This document shows, in pieces, positions 19,431-29,493 of a stretch of DNA of 64,000 nt. Position 1 is the stretch's first letter. Every line of letters begins with the position of its first letter. The notes below the pieces were generated by a model, which searched no databases, was not told the origin of the DNA, and saw nothing but the letters and a program-made list of their open reading frames with translations. The stretch covers positions 27,596 to 91,595 of the forward strand of contig LCBB01000002.1 in assembly GCA_000996895.1 (NCBI GenBank), read 5' to 3'. This DNA is from a candidate division WWE3 bacterium GW2011_GWC2_41_23 (GTDB lineage Bacteria; Patescibacteriota; WWE3; UBA101185; UBA10185). The translations under genes were made by a program, and so were the position numbers.

Positions 19431-20942
19431 TTAATCCTTCCGTTCAAACTTTACTATCTTTGCAAAAAACTCCGCACCGTTTACATTATAACCAAAATCT
19501 TTCACAGGTTTCAGGTAGGGTCTGGATTCCAAGTCGAGCTCCATTGTGGTGTTGTGCTCGTTCGTGATTAAAAAGTAATCGGCTCCGGTCGATAGTAAGG
19601 CCTCGTAAGTTAAGTTTTTCTTGCTTTCAGTGTTGTAATAAAAGCCTGAAACTTTCGGCGTATCCAGAACATTTAGATAGAAATCGGAAATACTGCTCAC
19701 GTCGTTGTAGGCAATCTTACCCTCAAGATTTTTCGATGCATATTCTGCCGCATTTTTTACTGAGATAAATATATCTTTGTGCAGTTTAATTACCGAACCG
19801 GACCAGAGTGACATGATTATTGCCAACGATACTACCGAAAGCCAAAATTTCTTTTTTACTATAAAAAAGACAACGGCCACCTGTAACACAAATAAAACAC
19901 CCAACAACACTTTGTCTAAAACAAGAAATTGAAGTTTCAGAAAAAACTGAGATCCTGCATACAATAACAGTAAGGACGCCGCAGTTAAGTAGATTTTTTT
20001 ATTTTCTTTTCCGTTTTCCCACCATTTTTCCAAACTCAAAGTTAATATAAGGATTAACAGAGGAACGACAGCGACAAACAATCTGGGTATCGCTGCCGGC
20101 CACAAAAGTATTAATAAAAGTTCCAGGAGTAGAAATATGGAAACGTGGAGATTGTTTGTAATAAATTTCCACACATCTTTTCTAATAAACGAAAAAGCCG
20201 GGACAAAGCCGTAAATCGCTAACAAACTCGCTATATAAATCCAGATTATTTTTAAGTCGTAAGCACGGCCCGCAGGTTCCTCCAAATATTCAGATGAGAA
20301 CGGGCTTCGGTACAAAAGCCAGGGCAGAACAACAACCAGGACCCCTAGTCCGTAATAAACATAAATTTTGAGCTTTTTTCTGTGTTCGATAAACAAAGAT
20401 AAAAACAAAGAACCCGCCAGAATATATCCTTCGAATCTGGTGAGAATAGAAAATCCGGCAACAATACCGAGAATAAATAATCGTTTAAAACTCCAACTGT
20501 CCTTCCATTTTTTATATAAATAAATTGCGAGGAGAGCTAAAAGCGCAAAAGGAACATCCGCCATTACTCTTATCGACCAATATAGAAAATCCGGATTAAA
20601 TAAAAGGAGAAGCATTCCCAGAAAAACAAAACGTTCGTCTTTTATAAATTGTCCCAAAAATTTTCCGAACAAAAACATTCCCGCCAAACCGGCTACGAAC
20701 ATAAATCCTCTTGCCCACATTACGGAGTTCACGGATTCAGGTCTGACAGCTAAAACAATCGAGTACAAAGGAGGTCTTTTTTCATCTTCGGGATAACTTC
20801 CGTCTCTGATAAATTCAGAAGCTCTGAGTATTCTATACGAATCCCCCCACTCCGCCGTGTTCGCGTTCAGCAAAAGAAAATGCACGAGTATGAACAAAAC
20901 GTAGGGTAGGTACTTAAATATAGTTTTTGATTGCAAAGTCAT
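19431..20942 (-). CDS. GT-C (ArnT/PMT-like) membrane glycosyltransferase
   Basis: WGDS..., KRPPLY, MADVPF and ILTRFEG; multi-TM. Confidence 0.75.
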   Translation of the reverse strand: MTLQSKTIFKYLPYVLFILVHFLLLNANTAEWGDSYRILRASEFIRDGSYPEDEKRPPLYSIVLAVRPESVNSVMWARGFMFVAGLAGMFLFGKFLGQFIKDERFVFLGMLLLLFNPDFLYWSIRVMADVPFALLALLAIYLYKKWKDSWSFKRLFILGIVAGFSILTRFEGYILAGSLFLSLFIEHRKKLKIYVYYGLGVLVVVLPWLLYRSPFSSEYLEEPAGRAYDLKIIWIYIASLLAIYGFVPAFSFIRKDVWKFITNNLHVSIFLLLELLLILLWPAAIPRLFVAVVPLLILILTLSLEKWWENGKENKKIYLTAASLLLLYAGSQFFLKLQFLVLDKVLLGVLFVLQVAVVFFIVKKKFWLSVVSLAIIMSLWSGSVIKLHKDIFISVKNAAEYASKNLEGKIAYNDVSSISDFYLNVLDTPKVSGFYYNTESKKNLTYEALLSTGADYFLITNEHNTTMELDLESRPYLKPVKDFGYNVNGAEFFAKIVKFERKD

Positions 20943-22107
20943 ATATCCCGTCTATTCCTTCTATTTTTGTATTCCACGAATGTTTGGATCTAATGAGTTG
21001 AACATCGACGTCTCTTGGTGTGCCGGTAATTTCCAGAATTTTATTGGCGATTGTCTGCGGTTCCAGATTTTCGAGATAAAACACTCCTCTTATGTCCTCA
21101 CTGATTTTGAAACCGGAAACCAAACAGGGAATACCGCACGACAGTCCCTGCATAACAGCTTTGGGTAATCCCTCCCAGGATGATGGCAAAACAAATATAT
21201 CAGACACCTGATACGCGATGGGCACATGAGGATAAGGAGTATAACCGGTCTTTATTACTCGGTGCTCAACTTTTTTCAATTTCATCTGCTCATTAAGTTT
21301 TTCTAAGTATGTGGGATCGCCTGTACCTGAAAGAAGAAGTTTATAATCCTCCGGTAATAATGCGAGAGCGTCAATCAACAGGTGTATATTTTTTCTCTCG
21401 TTCATCACTCCGTGGTTAAGTATTACCTTGTCGAATCTGTCGAAACCGATTTCCTTACGGGATTTTTCTTTTTCTTCTTCGCCCACGGGCACAAACATTT
21501 CTGTGTTTACACCGGTCTCGATTAAGAAACATTTTGCCGGATTTGCACCGTAATATTCCTGCGCTTCCTTAACATTGTCCGCGCTAACAAAGACACACGC
21601 AGACGCAGCTTTTACAGCCATCTTGTCTGAGAAAACTGCCATCGGCCAACCCAACATTCTGGACATGGTTTTAATGGGTTTTCCTTGCTTTATAAAAGTC
21701 TCCCACCTGCCTTTCGCCGTGTTGTGAAAGTGTACTACTAAAGGTATTTTAAGTTCCTGAGACCACGGAAGATGCCTTTTTAAAAACACTCTATATGCGT
21801 AGAGCCACACAGCAAAGTGTCCGTGACAGTGAATAACATCGGGTTTATTTGTTTTTCTGTATTTTAAATAGCGGAAAAAAAGGACGACGCTGCTGGTAAA
21901 AAAAATGGTATTGGGGTACGGTTCGCGGTTTATTGCGTTTATTTCCAAACCATCAAGTTTTATGGGGCCGCCTGAGTTTGTCCACTGTCCGCAAAACAAT
22001 GTTACTTTATGCCCCTGCTTAAGTTGGGCAGCCGTGATTTCATATGGATGGGGAGCCAATCCCTGCCACGGATTCGGCCAATCGTAAACTATTCTTAAAA
22101 TATTCAT
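20914..22107 (-). CDS. Glycosyltransferase family 4
   Basis: PDVIHCH, RKNI and DIFVLPSSWEGLP. Confidence 0.88.
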   Translation of the reverse strand: MNILRIVYDWPNPWQGLAPHPYEITAAQLKQGHKVTLFCGQWTNSGGPIKLDGLEINAINREPYPNTIFFTSSVVLFFRYLKYRKTNKPDVIHCHGHFAVWLYAYRVFLKRHLPWSQELKIPLVVHFHNTAKGRWETFIKQGKPIKTMSRMLGWPMAVFSDKMAVKAASACVFVSADNVKEAQEYYGANPAKCFLIETGVNTEMFVPVGEEEKEKSRKEIGFDRFDKVILNHGVMNERKNIHLLIDALALLPEDYKLLLSGTGDPTYLEKLNEQMKLKKVEHRVIKTGYTPYPHVPIAYQVSDIFVLPSSWEGLPKAVMQGLSCGIPCLVSGFKISEDIRGVFYLENLEPQTIANKILEITGTPRDVDVQLIRSKHSWNTKIEGIDGIYDFAIKNYI

Positions 22108-23297
22108 ACTTTTAATTCCTTAAATATCTCCTCATAAGAGTCTAACATCTTATCAAGGGTAAATCTCCCCATTGCCTCATTTACGGCGTTAACACCCATC
22201 CTCCGTGCCAAATCCGGGTTATCTTTCAATTCGTTTAACTTACTCCTGAATACGAAGAATTTACCGGGATTTACAAGATACCCCGTTTCTCCGTCTGTCA
22301 CGGCATCGGAAACCCCGCCCAAATTAAAGGCTACAATGGGAAGCTGTCCGAACATAGCTTCAACCAGAACCATCGGAAATCCTTCCAAACGTGAAGTCGG
22401 AAAAACAAAAGCATCAAATCTCGCGGGGTTATACATCCGCAATACCTCGGCGTAATCGAGCTTGCCCCTCAATGTTATTCTTCCTCCGCTTTTTCCCGAA
22501 ATAACGCCCAGCTCTTCCTGCAAATCCCCGGAACCTACAATATCCAAAGTAAAATCTTTCATATCTTCGCGGACAATTATTTCAGCGAGCTTCCCGATAC
22601 CTTTTGAGCGGATGAGTTGACCCACATACAGTAAACGGAATTTTCCGACGGCTCCTCTATCGCTTTCAACTGTTTCAACCTGCAAAGGTTTTATCCCGTT
22701 ATTTATAACCCTAACTTTGGCATCCTCGACAAACGTTTCATCAATCAAGGCTCTCTTTACAAAATTAGACACCGCCACAATTACACTGGAACCGTGAACA
22801 AATTCTCTTTGTACGGTAAAGAAATTTTTCAAAACATGCGGAAGGTCAAGAACAGCTTTTAATAAGCCTTTGATCGACGGGTCACTCTTAAACTTCGTTT
22901 GGAGCTCCCCGATCTTTGTTCCGTGCGAAATAGAAATTATGGGCAAACCGAATTCTTCCTTATTTCTGATTACACCCACTGCCCCCGAACTCTGCCCAAC
23001 GATTAACTCGAACTTTTCCTCCGGCTGTAATTCACGGAATACTTCGTACGATTTCTCAACCCAGCTGTCTTTTTTTGAAACTGTCACCGAACTATAATGA
23101 GCCTTTTTGCACTCAACAAAAATGTATTTGACTCCGTTTTCAATTGCCAGTTCTTTTTCTTTTATAATTCGGGGAGTAAACACCGTAACTTTGTGTCCGC
23201 GTAAAGCCAGCCCCTCGCATAAAAGCTTATTCTGAGTTTCCAGTCCTCCGTAAGAACCGCTGAAAGTCGTGGATTTAATAAATACGGCAATCTTCAT
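22104..23297 (-). CDS. Glycosyltransferase family 4
   Basis: GGLE, YVGQLIRSKG and EGFPMVLVEAM. Confidence 0.88.
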   Translation of the reverse strand: MKIAVFIKSTTFSGSYGGLETQNKLLCEGLALRGHKVTVFTPRIIKEKELAIENGVKYIFVECKKAHYSSVTVSKKDSWVEKSYEVFRELQPEEKFELIVGQSSGAVGVIRNKEEFGLPIISISHGTKIGELQTKFKSDPSIKGLLKAVLDLPHVLKNFFTVQREFVHGSSVIVAVSNFVKRALIDETFVEDAKVRVINNGIKPLQVETVESDRGAVGKFRLLYVGQLIRSKGIGKLAEIIVREDMKDFTLDIVGSGDLQEELGVISGKSGGRITLRGKLDYAEVLRMYNPARFDAFVFPTSRLEGFPMVLVEAMFGQLPIVAFNLGGVSDAVTDGETGYLVNPGKFFVFRSKLNELKDNPDLARRMGVNAVNEAMGRFTLDKMLDSYEEIFKELKV

Positions 23298-24515
23298 TTA
23301 AATAGACTCCTTTATAATAAGATCTTCCATATGGGCAACATTTACTTCTATGTTAAATTCTGCAGTAACTTTCCCGTACGCTTCTTCCGCCAACCTACCG
23401 GCAAGTTCCTTATTATTCAAAATACTTTTCAGACTCTCAGCCAAAGCAACCGGATTCCTTTGAGGAACTACAAGCCCGCTCACTCCGTTCTCAAGAAATT
23501 CCTTAGTACTTCCTGAATCCGTGGCCACAATGGGTAAACGCGAAGCTGCTGCCTCTAACAAGACATTTGCTATACCGTCGGCGTCACCTTCTTCGGTGTT
23601 TATGCCTGAAAACACAAAAACATCACTTTCAGAGTAATATCTTTGGGTTTCGGAAAACGGAAGGCCGGTGCCCCCACCTAATATTTCAATTTGTTCCGAC
23701 AATCCTAAGGCTCCGATTTGCTCACTAAGTTCTCCGTACAAACTTCCCGGACCGATGATAAGCATTTTGAATTCCACACCGTCGTCATGAAGAATTTTTG
23801 CTGCTTCCAGTAAATATTTTTGACCCTTCTTTTCTTCGAGACGCCCGATGTTTAGTATTAAAGGGATTTTAGCGGTATGTTCCGATCTCCCGAACTTTGA
23901 TGTGTCTAACCCATGATATTTCAACAGAATTTTGTGAGAGTAGTCAGAACCAACTGCCCCGACACAACTCTCGTGTGCGTGTTTATTGCATATCAAAACA
24001 AATGCTGCGTTCTCCGACTTTTCTTTCATACAATGGGGGTTTACCGTCACATCCTTAGCGTGAGCGGAAATTGCGTAGGGAACGCCGAGCACAAGCGCGG
24101 CCACCATTACAATAGTGCTGGACTCGCTCATAAAGTGAGCAATTATAAAGTTAGGTTTAAACGGGGAAAATATCTGCGCGTATCCCATTCCTTTGAGCAA
24201 AGTGTAATACTGACGAATTTTGGGCATATGACACGAATTTAAAGTATCCAAAGCCTTGGAAATATTTGTGCCGGAAGTAAAAAAATACCTCAGCGAGAAT
24301 AAAACATCCGGAAGGGAAAGTCTTCTATACCTAACCAGGGGTTTGAGAACAGGACTGAACTCACCCGAACCTTTCAATAAAGACATTATCAAAAGATCCA
24401 GGTTTCCTCTTTCGGCTATTTTAGCGAGCTCACGTTCGATGAAAGTTTCCGTCAGCACCGGAAATTCCGGTACAAATACAAGAAGCCTCTTTTTAGTGCT
24501 GCCCGGTTGAACCAT
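23298..24515 (-). CDS. Glycosyltransferase family 4 (WcaL-like)
   Basis: FPVLTETFI, IGRLEEKKG and DGIANVLLEAA. Confidence 0.88.
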   Translation of the reverse strand: MVQPGSTKKRLLVFVPEFPVLTETFIERELAKIAERGNLDLLIMSLLKGSGEFSPVLKPLVRYRRLSLPDVLFSLRYFFTSGTNISKALDTLNSCHMPKIRQYYTLLKGMGYAQIFSPFKPNFIIAHFMSESSTIVMVAALVLGVPYAISAHAKDVTVNPHCMKEKSENAAFVLICNKHAHESCVGAVGSDYSHKILLKYHGLDTSKFGRSEHTAKIPLILNIGRLEEKKGQKYLLEAAKILHDDGVEFKMLIIGPGSLYGELSEQIGALGLSEQIEILGGGTGLPFSETQRYYSESDVFVFSGINTEEGDADGIANVLLEAAASRLPIVATDSGSTKEFLENGVSGLVVPQRNPVALAESLKSILNNKELAGRLAEEAYGKVTAEFNIEVNVAHMEDLIIKESI

Positions 24516-25878
24516 TGGTGTTAAGTAGTACTGTTTGATACAGATTCCTTGTATCTATTTTAACCATACCGTTAGTCCTTTTACCAACAGCAAAATATGT
24601 AAAGCCCGCGTCTTCAACCTTTTTTCGGTCAAGAAGATTTCTTCCGTCGAAAATAACCGGCGATTTTAGTAGTGACTTCACTTTATCTAACTCGACGGTG
24701 GCAAATTCTTTCCACTCAGTAAGCACGAACAAAGCATCGGCTTCCTGCATAGTTTCATACTTGTCTAAACAATACTCGACATTTACAGAACCTAGCACTT
24801 GTTTGGCGTTATACATTGCCTCAGGATCATAAACTTTAAGGGTTGCGCCCAAACCACGTAATTTTTTACACAGTTCAATTGAGACCGAGTCTCTTATATC
24901 ATCGGTGTTTCCCTTAAAAGCCAATCCCAATATTGCAAATGTTCTTCCGGAAAGATTTTTACCAAAATGTCTGAGTACTTTATTCATGAAGTTCTCTCTT
25001 TGAGCTATGTTAACTTCCATAACGCTTCTTAAAAGCTTAAAGTCGTAGTCCTGATCGGTTGAAGTTTTGTACAAAGCGGCAACATCTTTCGGAAAACAGC
25101 TTCCGCCGTATCCGATACCTGCGTTAAGAAATGCCGCACCCACTCTTTTGTCCAAACCCATACCTTTTGCCACTACCGAAACATCCGCTCCGGCTCTCTC
25201 ACAGATTTGAGCAATTTCATTAATGAAAGAGATCTTGGCTGCCAAAAATCCGTTTGAAGCGTATTTAATCATTTCTGATGATCTGAGATCACACTCAACA
25301 ATGGGGGCGTTCAGGTGTTCATAAAGCCTTCTCATAACTGAATGGGCTTTCTCTGTCTCGGCACCAATAACTGTTCTGTCTGGCTTAGCCATATCTTCAA
25401 CTGAAGAACCTTCCCGTAAAAATTCGGGGTTGGACGCAACATCAAATTCTAACTGTGAGTTCGGAAGATTCTCTCTGATAATCATTTTTACTTTTTCGTT
25501 AGTTCCTACCGGAACTGTGCTTTTTGTAACAATGACTTTATAACCGTTCATGCTCTTTCCGATATCTTTTGCAACTTCCCACACTTGTGAGAGATCTGCA
25601 GCACCTGTATCGCTTTGAGGTGTACCGACGCAAATGAAAACAATTTCAGCGTCCTTAATACCATCAGCAATAGAAGTTGTGAACGAAAGTCTATTCTGTG
25701 CAATATTTCTTAAAACTATCTCAGATAGACCGGGTTCATAAATAGGCATTTCGCCTTTTTTAATTCTATCTATCTTTTCGGTGTCTATATCAACACCAAC
25801 AACATCATTACCCCAATCGGAAAAAATTGCTGCACCGACCAAACCTACATAACCTGTACCTATTACGCATAGTTTCAT
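24493..25878 (-). CDS. ugd: UDP-glucose 6-dehydrogenase
   Basis: GTGYVG, KSTVPVGT, SNPEFLREG and GYGGSCFPKD. Confidence 0.93.
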   Translation of the reverse strand: MKLCVIGTGYVGLVGAAIFSDWGNDVVGVDIDTEKIDRIKKGEMPIYEPGLSEIVLRNIAQNRLSFTTSIADGIKDAEIVFICVGTPQSDTGAADLSQVWEVAKDIGKSMNGYKVIVTKSTVPVGTNEKVKMIIRENLPNSQLEFDVASNPEFLREGSSVEDMAKPDRTVIGAETEKAHSVMRRLYEHLNAPIVECDLRSSEMIKYASNGFLAAKISFINEIAQICERAGADVSVVAKGMGLDKRVGAAFLNAGIGYGGSCFPKDVAALYKTSTDQDYDFKLLRSVMEVNIAQRENFMNKVLRHFGKNLSGRTFAILGLAFKGNTDDIRDSVSIELCKKLRGLGATLKVYDPEAMYNAKQVLGSVNVEYCLDKYETMQEADALFVLTEWKEFATVELDKVKSLLKSPVIFDGRNLLDRKKVEDAGFTYFAVGKRTNGMVKIDTRNLYQTVLLNTNGSTGQH

Positions 25879-25929
25879 AGTTTATAAATTTCACCCCGAA
25901 ATATATACTTTATGACTTTATGAGGGGCG

Positions 25930-26688
25930 TTACTTGGCAGTGTTGTAAAGGCCCATAATATCGTGCAGCCTTATCTTCAAGACGTCAAATCCCATCTTAA
26001 TGGAGTCACGTACGGGGCTTACCCGCGTGGTCTTAACGTGTGTCCAGACTATCGGAACTTGTTTGACATTATACCCTAGTTTCTTGGCTAAGTACAAAAC
26101 CTCCACATCCCATGCTCCGGTGTACGGTTTGTCCAATTCCTTGGTGTTTTTACCGTAAACTTTCATTCTCCCGAAGATATCCTTAGCTACAGTACCCTTG
26201 AAGAGCTTAAAACCGCACTGGCTGTCTCTTATTCCGGGCAAAGCTACAATTTGTATCATGAGATTAAACGCTCTTCCCATCGCGTGTCTGTAAAAAGGTT
26301 CTCCCACCCTTTCCGCACCAATTCCTTCTCTCGAAGCGATAGCAATATCAAAATTCTGATCGGTAACCCATACGGCCAATTTTTTTAATTCCGTCATAGG
26401 AGCTGAAAGATCGGCGTCGGCCATGTATACCAAATTTCCGACCGCCGCATTCATCCCGGTTAAAACCGCGAACCCTTTTCCTTTATGAGGATTTCTAATC
26501 ACTCTGACCTCGGGATTTTCCACGGAGTACTCTTCTACTATGGAAGCTGTGGCGTCTTTACTACCATCATCAATGACAATAATTTCAAAACTTTGACAAA
26601 ACGTTCTCATAAAGTTCACAGCCTGCGTTAAAGATGATGATATTTTGTCCGCTTCATTGTACGCGGGGATTACTACCGAATAATCCAT
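25930..26688 (-). CDS. GT2, dolichyl-phosphate beta-glucosyltransferase (Alg5)-like
   Basis: VVIPAYNE, HKGKG, MADADLS, DSQCGFKLF and WDVEVL. Confidence 0.85.
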   Translation of the reverse strand: MDYSVVIPAYNEADKISSSLTQAVNFMRTFCQSFEIIVIDDGSKDATASIVEEYSVENPEVRVIRNPHKGKGFAVLTGMNAAVGNLVYMADADLSAPMTELKKLAVWVTDQNFDIAIASREGIGAERVGEPFYRHAMGRAFNLMIQIVALPGIRDSQCGFKLFKGTVAKDIFGRMKVYGKNTKELDKPYTGAWDVEVLYLAKKLGYNVKQVPIVWTHVKTTRVSPVRDSIKMGFDVLKIRLHDIMGLYNTAK

Positions 26689-26694
26689 ATATTG

Positions 26695-27819
26695 TTACCT
26701 TTTATTAACCTTCCAAATTATTTTACTATAAACTGTGAAATTCCATATCAACCCGAAAATTATACCAATTAAAAAGGCTGTGTTTGAAACGAGAGCTGTA
26801 TCTCCGAACGTGCTAACGGAAAATCCTACAAGTCTTGAACGGACCGCTATAGGTATAAAGGAAGATACGATGTACAAAATAAATCCCAGCACTTTCTTTT
26901 GTACCCCGTCGATTTTTCTTTCCCCGAACGACCAATAGTTATTCAATAAAAAGGTCACTATCATGGCTACAAAACCCGAAGCCACGGCAGAATCACGTGA
27001 GCTCAATACACTAATTCTGAAAATATTGAACAGCCCGGCGTCAACTATAAATCCTATTCCGCCGACTACGAGAAATCTTACAAAGTTTTTATTCTCGTTG
27101 TACCTAAGGGTAACGACAACTCTCAAAGAATCCCGCAAATTATTTTTTTCCATTTTTGAATCACCGCGGTCACGTAATCCGAATTTTATCGGAACTTCTT
27201 TTATTTTTGCGCCCAATCTGTGCATTTTGAACAGAAGGTCAATTTTGTATGCAAACCCCTGCGACAATATTGCTTCCAGAGGCAACTTATCTACAAATCC
27301 TTTTACGCGCGACGCTTTAAAACCTGAAGTGAAATCATTAACATCAAAGATTCCCAGAACAATTTTTGAAAAAATGTTTCCGCCTACACTGAAAAATTTA
27401 CGCTTAAACGCCCATTCATCCGGAATGCTCCCGCCCTTTGTAAACCTCGAACCAATAACATAGTCGTAACCGTTATCTATCTCATCGACAATTCTGACTA
27501 CGTCTTTCGGGTCGTGCTGAAAATCCGCATCCATTTCAACAATAACATCCGCTTTTAGTTCATTCATGGCTTCTTTGAACCCATAAACATACGCGGCTCC
27601 CAGGCCCGCTTTGACTTTTTCCATCAGCAAATGAATATTCGGATTGTTTTTCATTTTTTCACGTACTACTTCCGCGGTGCCATCGGGTGAATTTCCCTCG
27701 ACCACAAGAATATGGAAATCGTGTTGAGATCTTTTTAAAAATTCCTGCTGAAGAACATCTGCAAGCCTTCCGATATTATCTGCTTCGTTATAAGTAGGTA
27801 TTACAATAACTATTTTCAT
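26695..27819 (-). CDS. Polyprenol-monophosphomannose synthase (DPM1-like) fused to a GtrA-like domain
   Basis: VIPTYNE, GLGAAY, MDADFQHDP and DFTSGFK; C-terminal RFLVVGG...FLLNNYWSF...WNFTVYSKIIW is GtrA-like. Confidence 0.85.
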   Translation of the reverse strand: MKIVIVIPTYNEADNIGRLADVLQQEFLKRSQHDFHILVVEGNSPDGTAEVVREKMKNNPNIHLLMEKVKAGLGAAYVYGFKEAMNELKADVIVEMDADFQHDPKDVVRIVDEIDNGYDYVIGSRFTKGGSIPDEWAFKRKFFSVGGNIFSKIVLGIFDVNDFTSGFKASRVKGFVDKLPLEAILSQGFAYKIDLLFKMHRLGAKIKEVPIKFGLRDRGDSKMEKNNLRDSLRVVVTLRYNENKNFVRFLVVGGIGFIVDAGLFNIFRISVLSSRDSAVASGFVAMIVTFLLNNYWSFGERKIDGVQKKVLGFILYIVSSFIPIAVRSRLVGFSVSTFGDTALVSNTAFLIGIIFGLIWNFTVYSKIIWKVNKR

Positions 27820-27821
27820 AT

Positions 27822-28082
27822 TTAGAAACTCAGGACAGTATACAGCAGGAAAAAAATGAGTACGCCAAACACCGCGTACTCGGCTGCGATAAATTTGGTC
27901 AGCCTTCCTTCCACAGCATGATGAATAATCCCCCAAAGAACATAACCGAAGGAAGCAACCCCGGATAAGAATATCAGTACCCTGTGGTCATACCTGAAGT
28001 AGTAAAACAACAAACTTATTATGGCAGCGAGGGACAACAAGACTGCATATTCAACTAAGTGTGTGTCAGTCTTTTCTTTCAT
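27822..28082 (-). CDS. Small 3-TM membrane protein
   Basis: MKEKTDTHLVEY... 86 aa with YVLWGIIHH; overlaps the upstream stop (ATGA). Confidence 0.65.
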   Translation of the reverse strand: MKEKTDTHLVEYAVLLSLAAIISLLFYYFRYDHRVLIFLSGVASFGYVLWGIIHHAVEGRLTKFIAAEYAVFGVLIFFLLYTVLSF

Positions 28083-29065
28083 AAAACTATCCCCGGAGTC
28101 AGAACAAACCAGATACTGGCAACCACAAGTACCAAAATACCCAAATGGGCAACTGTGTGCCCCGTAAATTTGTGAATTCCTTTTCTCTTTGAATACCATA
28201 CGTCCAGAGCTAAAAGTGTGCCGACAAATCCGCCGAAGACCGCACTGACGGTTTTGGTAGCCACAGTCACATCAAGAGCGGGGTTTTCCGGAAGTGCTTG
28301 TGTATACACGGGCTGTTGTAAAGACTCTGAGGTGCCCTCTGTTGCGGGCAATTCTACCCTTTCAGATACCGCTGCCGTAGCTTCTTTCTCAAGAACAGTT
28401 TGTTCTTCATAAACTGATGCTACCTGAGCAGCATTTCTTGGTCTTCCGAACATCTGTACTACCAAAGTTGTTTCATAGCCTTCTATAACTCCGTTAACTA
28501 CGGCAAACCCTATTTCATCATAGTTCGGGCTTAAAAGATTTTCTTTGTGGGAAGTAGATTTCATCCACGCTTCGACCACATCTTTTGAGTTGCTAAAATT
28601 CTTTGCCAGGTTTTCTCCCGCGTAAATATAATCGTAATTCTGACCCAAAATAAAATCCCACGGTTCCGTGCCATCGGGGGAAATGTGCGCCCAATACTGA
28701 TCCTTAAACATATCCTCAGCCTTTTGGTGCGCAGCTGAAGTTAACGCAGAATTTAAACGCAGTTCGGACAACCCTGCGTCTTTCCTTCTTGCATTCGTAT
28801 ATGTTAAAAGGTCTTTTACCGTAATGTCCGAAGCGTAACCTAAAACCCCGGGCACTACTTTAGGTAAAAACCTAAACACGCCTGCGATAAGAAGCATCGC
28901 CAGACAATATATAACGATAGCTCTGTTAGAAAGTAAAGTTGCCCGCTTCTGCTGCTCCGGATGGGGTAAAAAGTGGTGCACAAACTGGAATTTTTCGATT
29001 GATTTAGGCTGTTGGCGCCAATCTTTTACGATATTAGACTTCTTTTTTCCTGTAAGCACGGACAT
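28079..29065 (-). CDS. CAP/SCP-domain membrane protein
   Basis: TNARR, AAHQKAEDM, YWAHISPDG, AGENLA and WMKSTSHKENLL. Confidence 0.85.
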   Translation of the reverse strand: MSVLTGKKKSNIVKDWRQQPKSIEKFQFVHHFLPHPEQQKRATLLSNRAIVIYCLAMLLIAGVFRFLPKVVPGVLGYASDITVKDLLTYTNARRKDAGLSELRLNSALTSAAHQKAEDMFKDQYWAHISPDGTEPWDFILGQNYDYIYAGENLAKNFSNSKDVVEAWMKSTSHKENLLSPNYDEIGFAVVNGVIEGYETTLVVQMFGRPRNAAQVASVYEEQTVLEKEATAAVSERVELPATEGTSESLQQPVYTQALPENPALDVTVATKTVSAVFGGFVGTLLALDVWYSKRKGIHKFTGHTVAHLGILVLVVASIWFVLTPGIVL

Positions 29066-29155
29066 CAAAGAAATTATATCTCAAAGGTACAGAAAGGACT
29101 AGAACGGACGCTTTTGGTAAAAAAAACTAACTTCCGTACCCGGTAAGACTATAGG

Positions 29156-29183
29156 TTGACAATATCTTACGGGGTGCTAGAAT
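29156..29183 (+). promoter_or_regulatory. Sigma70 promoter
   Basis: TTGACA-16 nt-TAGAAT with an extended TG. Confidence 0.6.
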
Positions 29184-29241
29184 TACATTTATCAATAGAT
29201 GTGACAAAGGCAGGGTACGTTAGGTAAAGAGGAGGAAAGAA

Positions 29242-29436
29242 ATGGAAACGAAGTATGTGGTCGCCAAGATTTTAACGTGGGTTTTTATTCTGGCGGAAAT
29301 AGTTTTGGTGGCAGTCTGTGTTATTCACAGAACAGACGTTACACCGTCACTAAAAGCCCTTTTTGTTTTACTCCTGTTCTTGGGTATAGGTTTTTGGGAC
29401 AAATATGCTCATCGACCGCAAGACCAGGATGATTAG
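29242..29436 (+). CDS. Small 2-TM membrane protein (64 aa)
   Basis: SD gaggagg, own promoter and terminator, two hydrophobic helices. Confidence 0.7.
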   Translation: METKYVVAKILTWVFILAEIVLVAVCVIHRTDVTPSLKALFVLLLFLGIGFWDKYAHRPQDQDD

Positions 29437-29448
29437 TTTCAAGTACGC

Positions 29449-29493
29449 AGCACCTCAAATTTGGAGAAATCTAAATTATGGGGTGCTTTTTTT
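29449..29493 (+). terminator. Intrinsic terminator between the small gene and the convergent adk
   Basis: Long stem agcacc...ggtgct followed by a T-tract. Confidence 0.7.
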
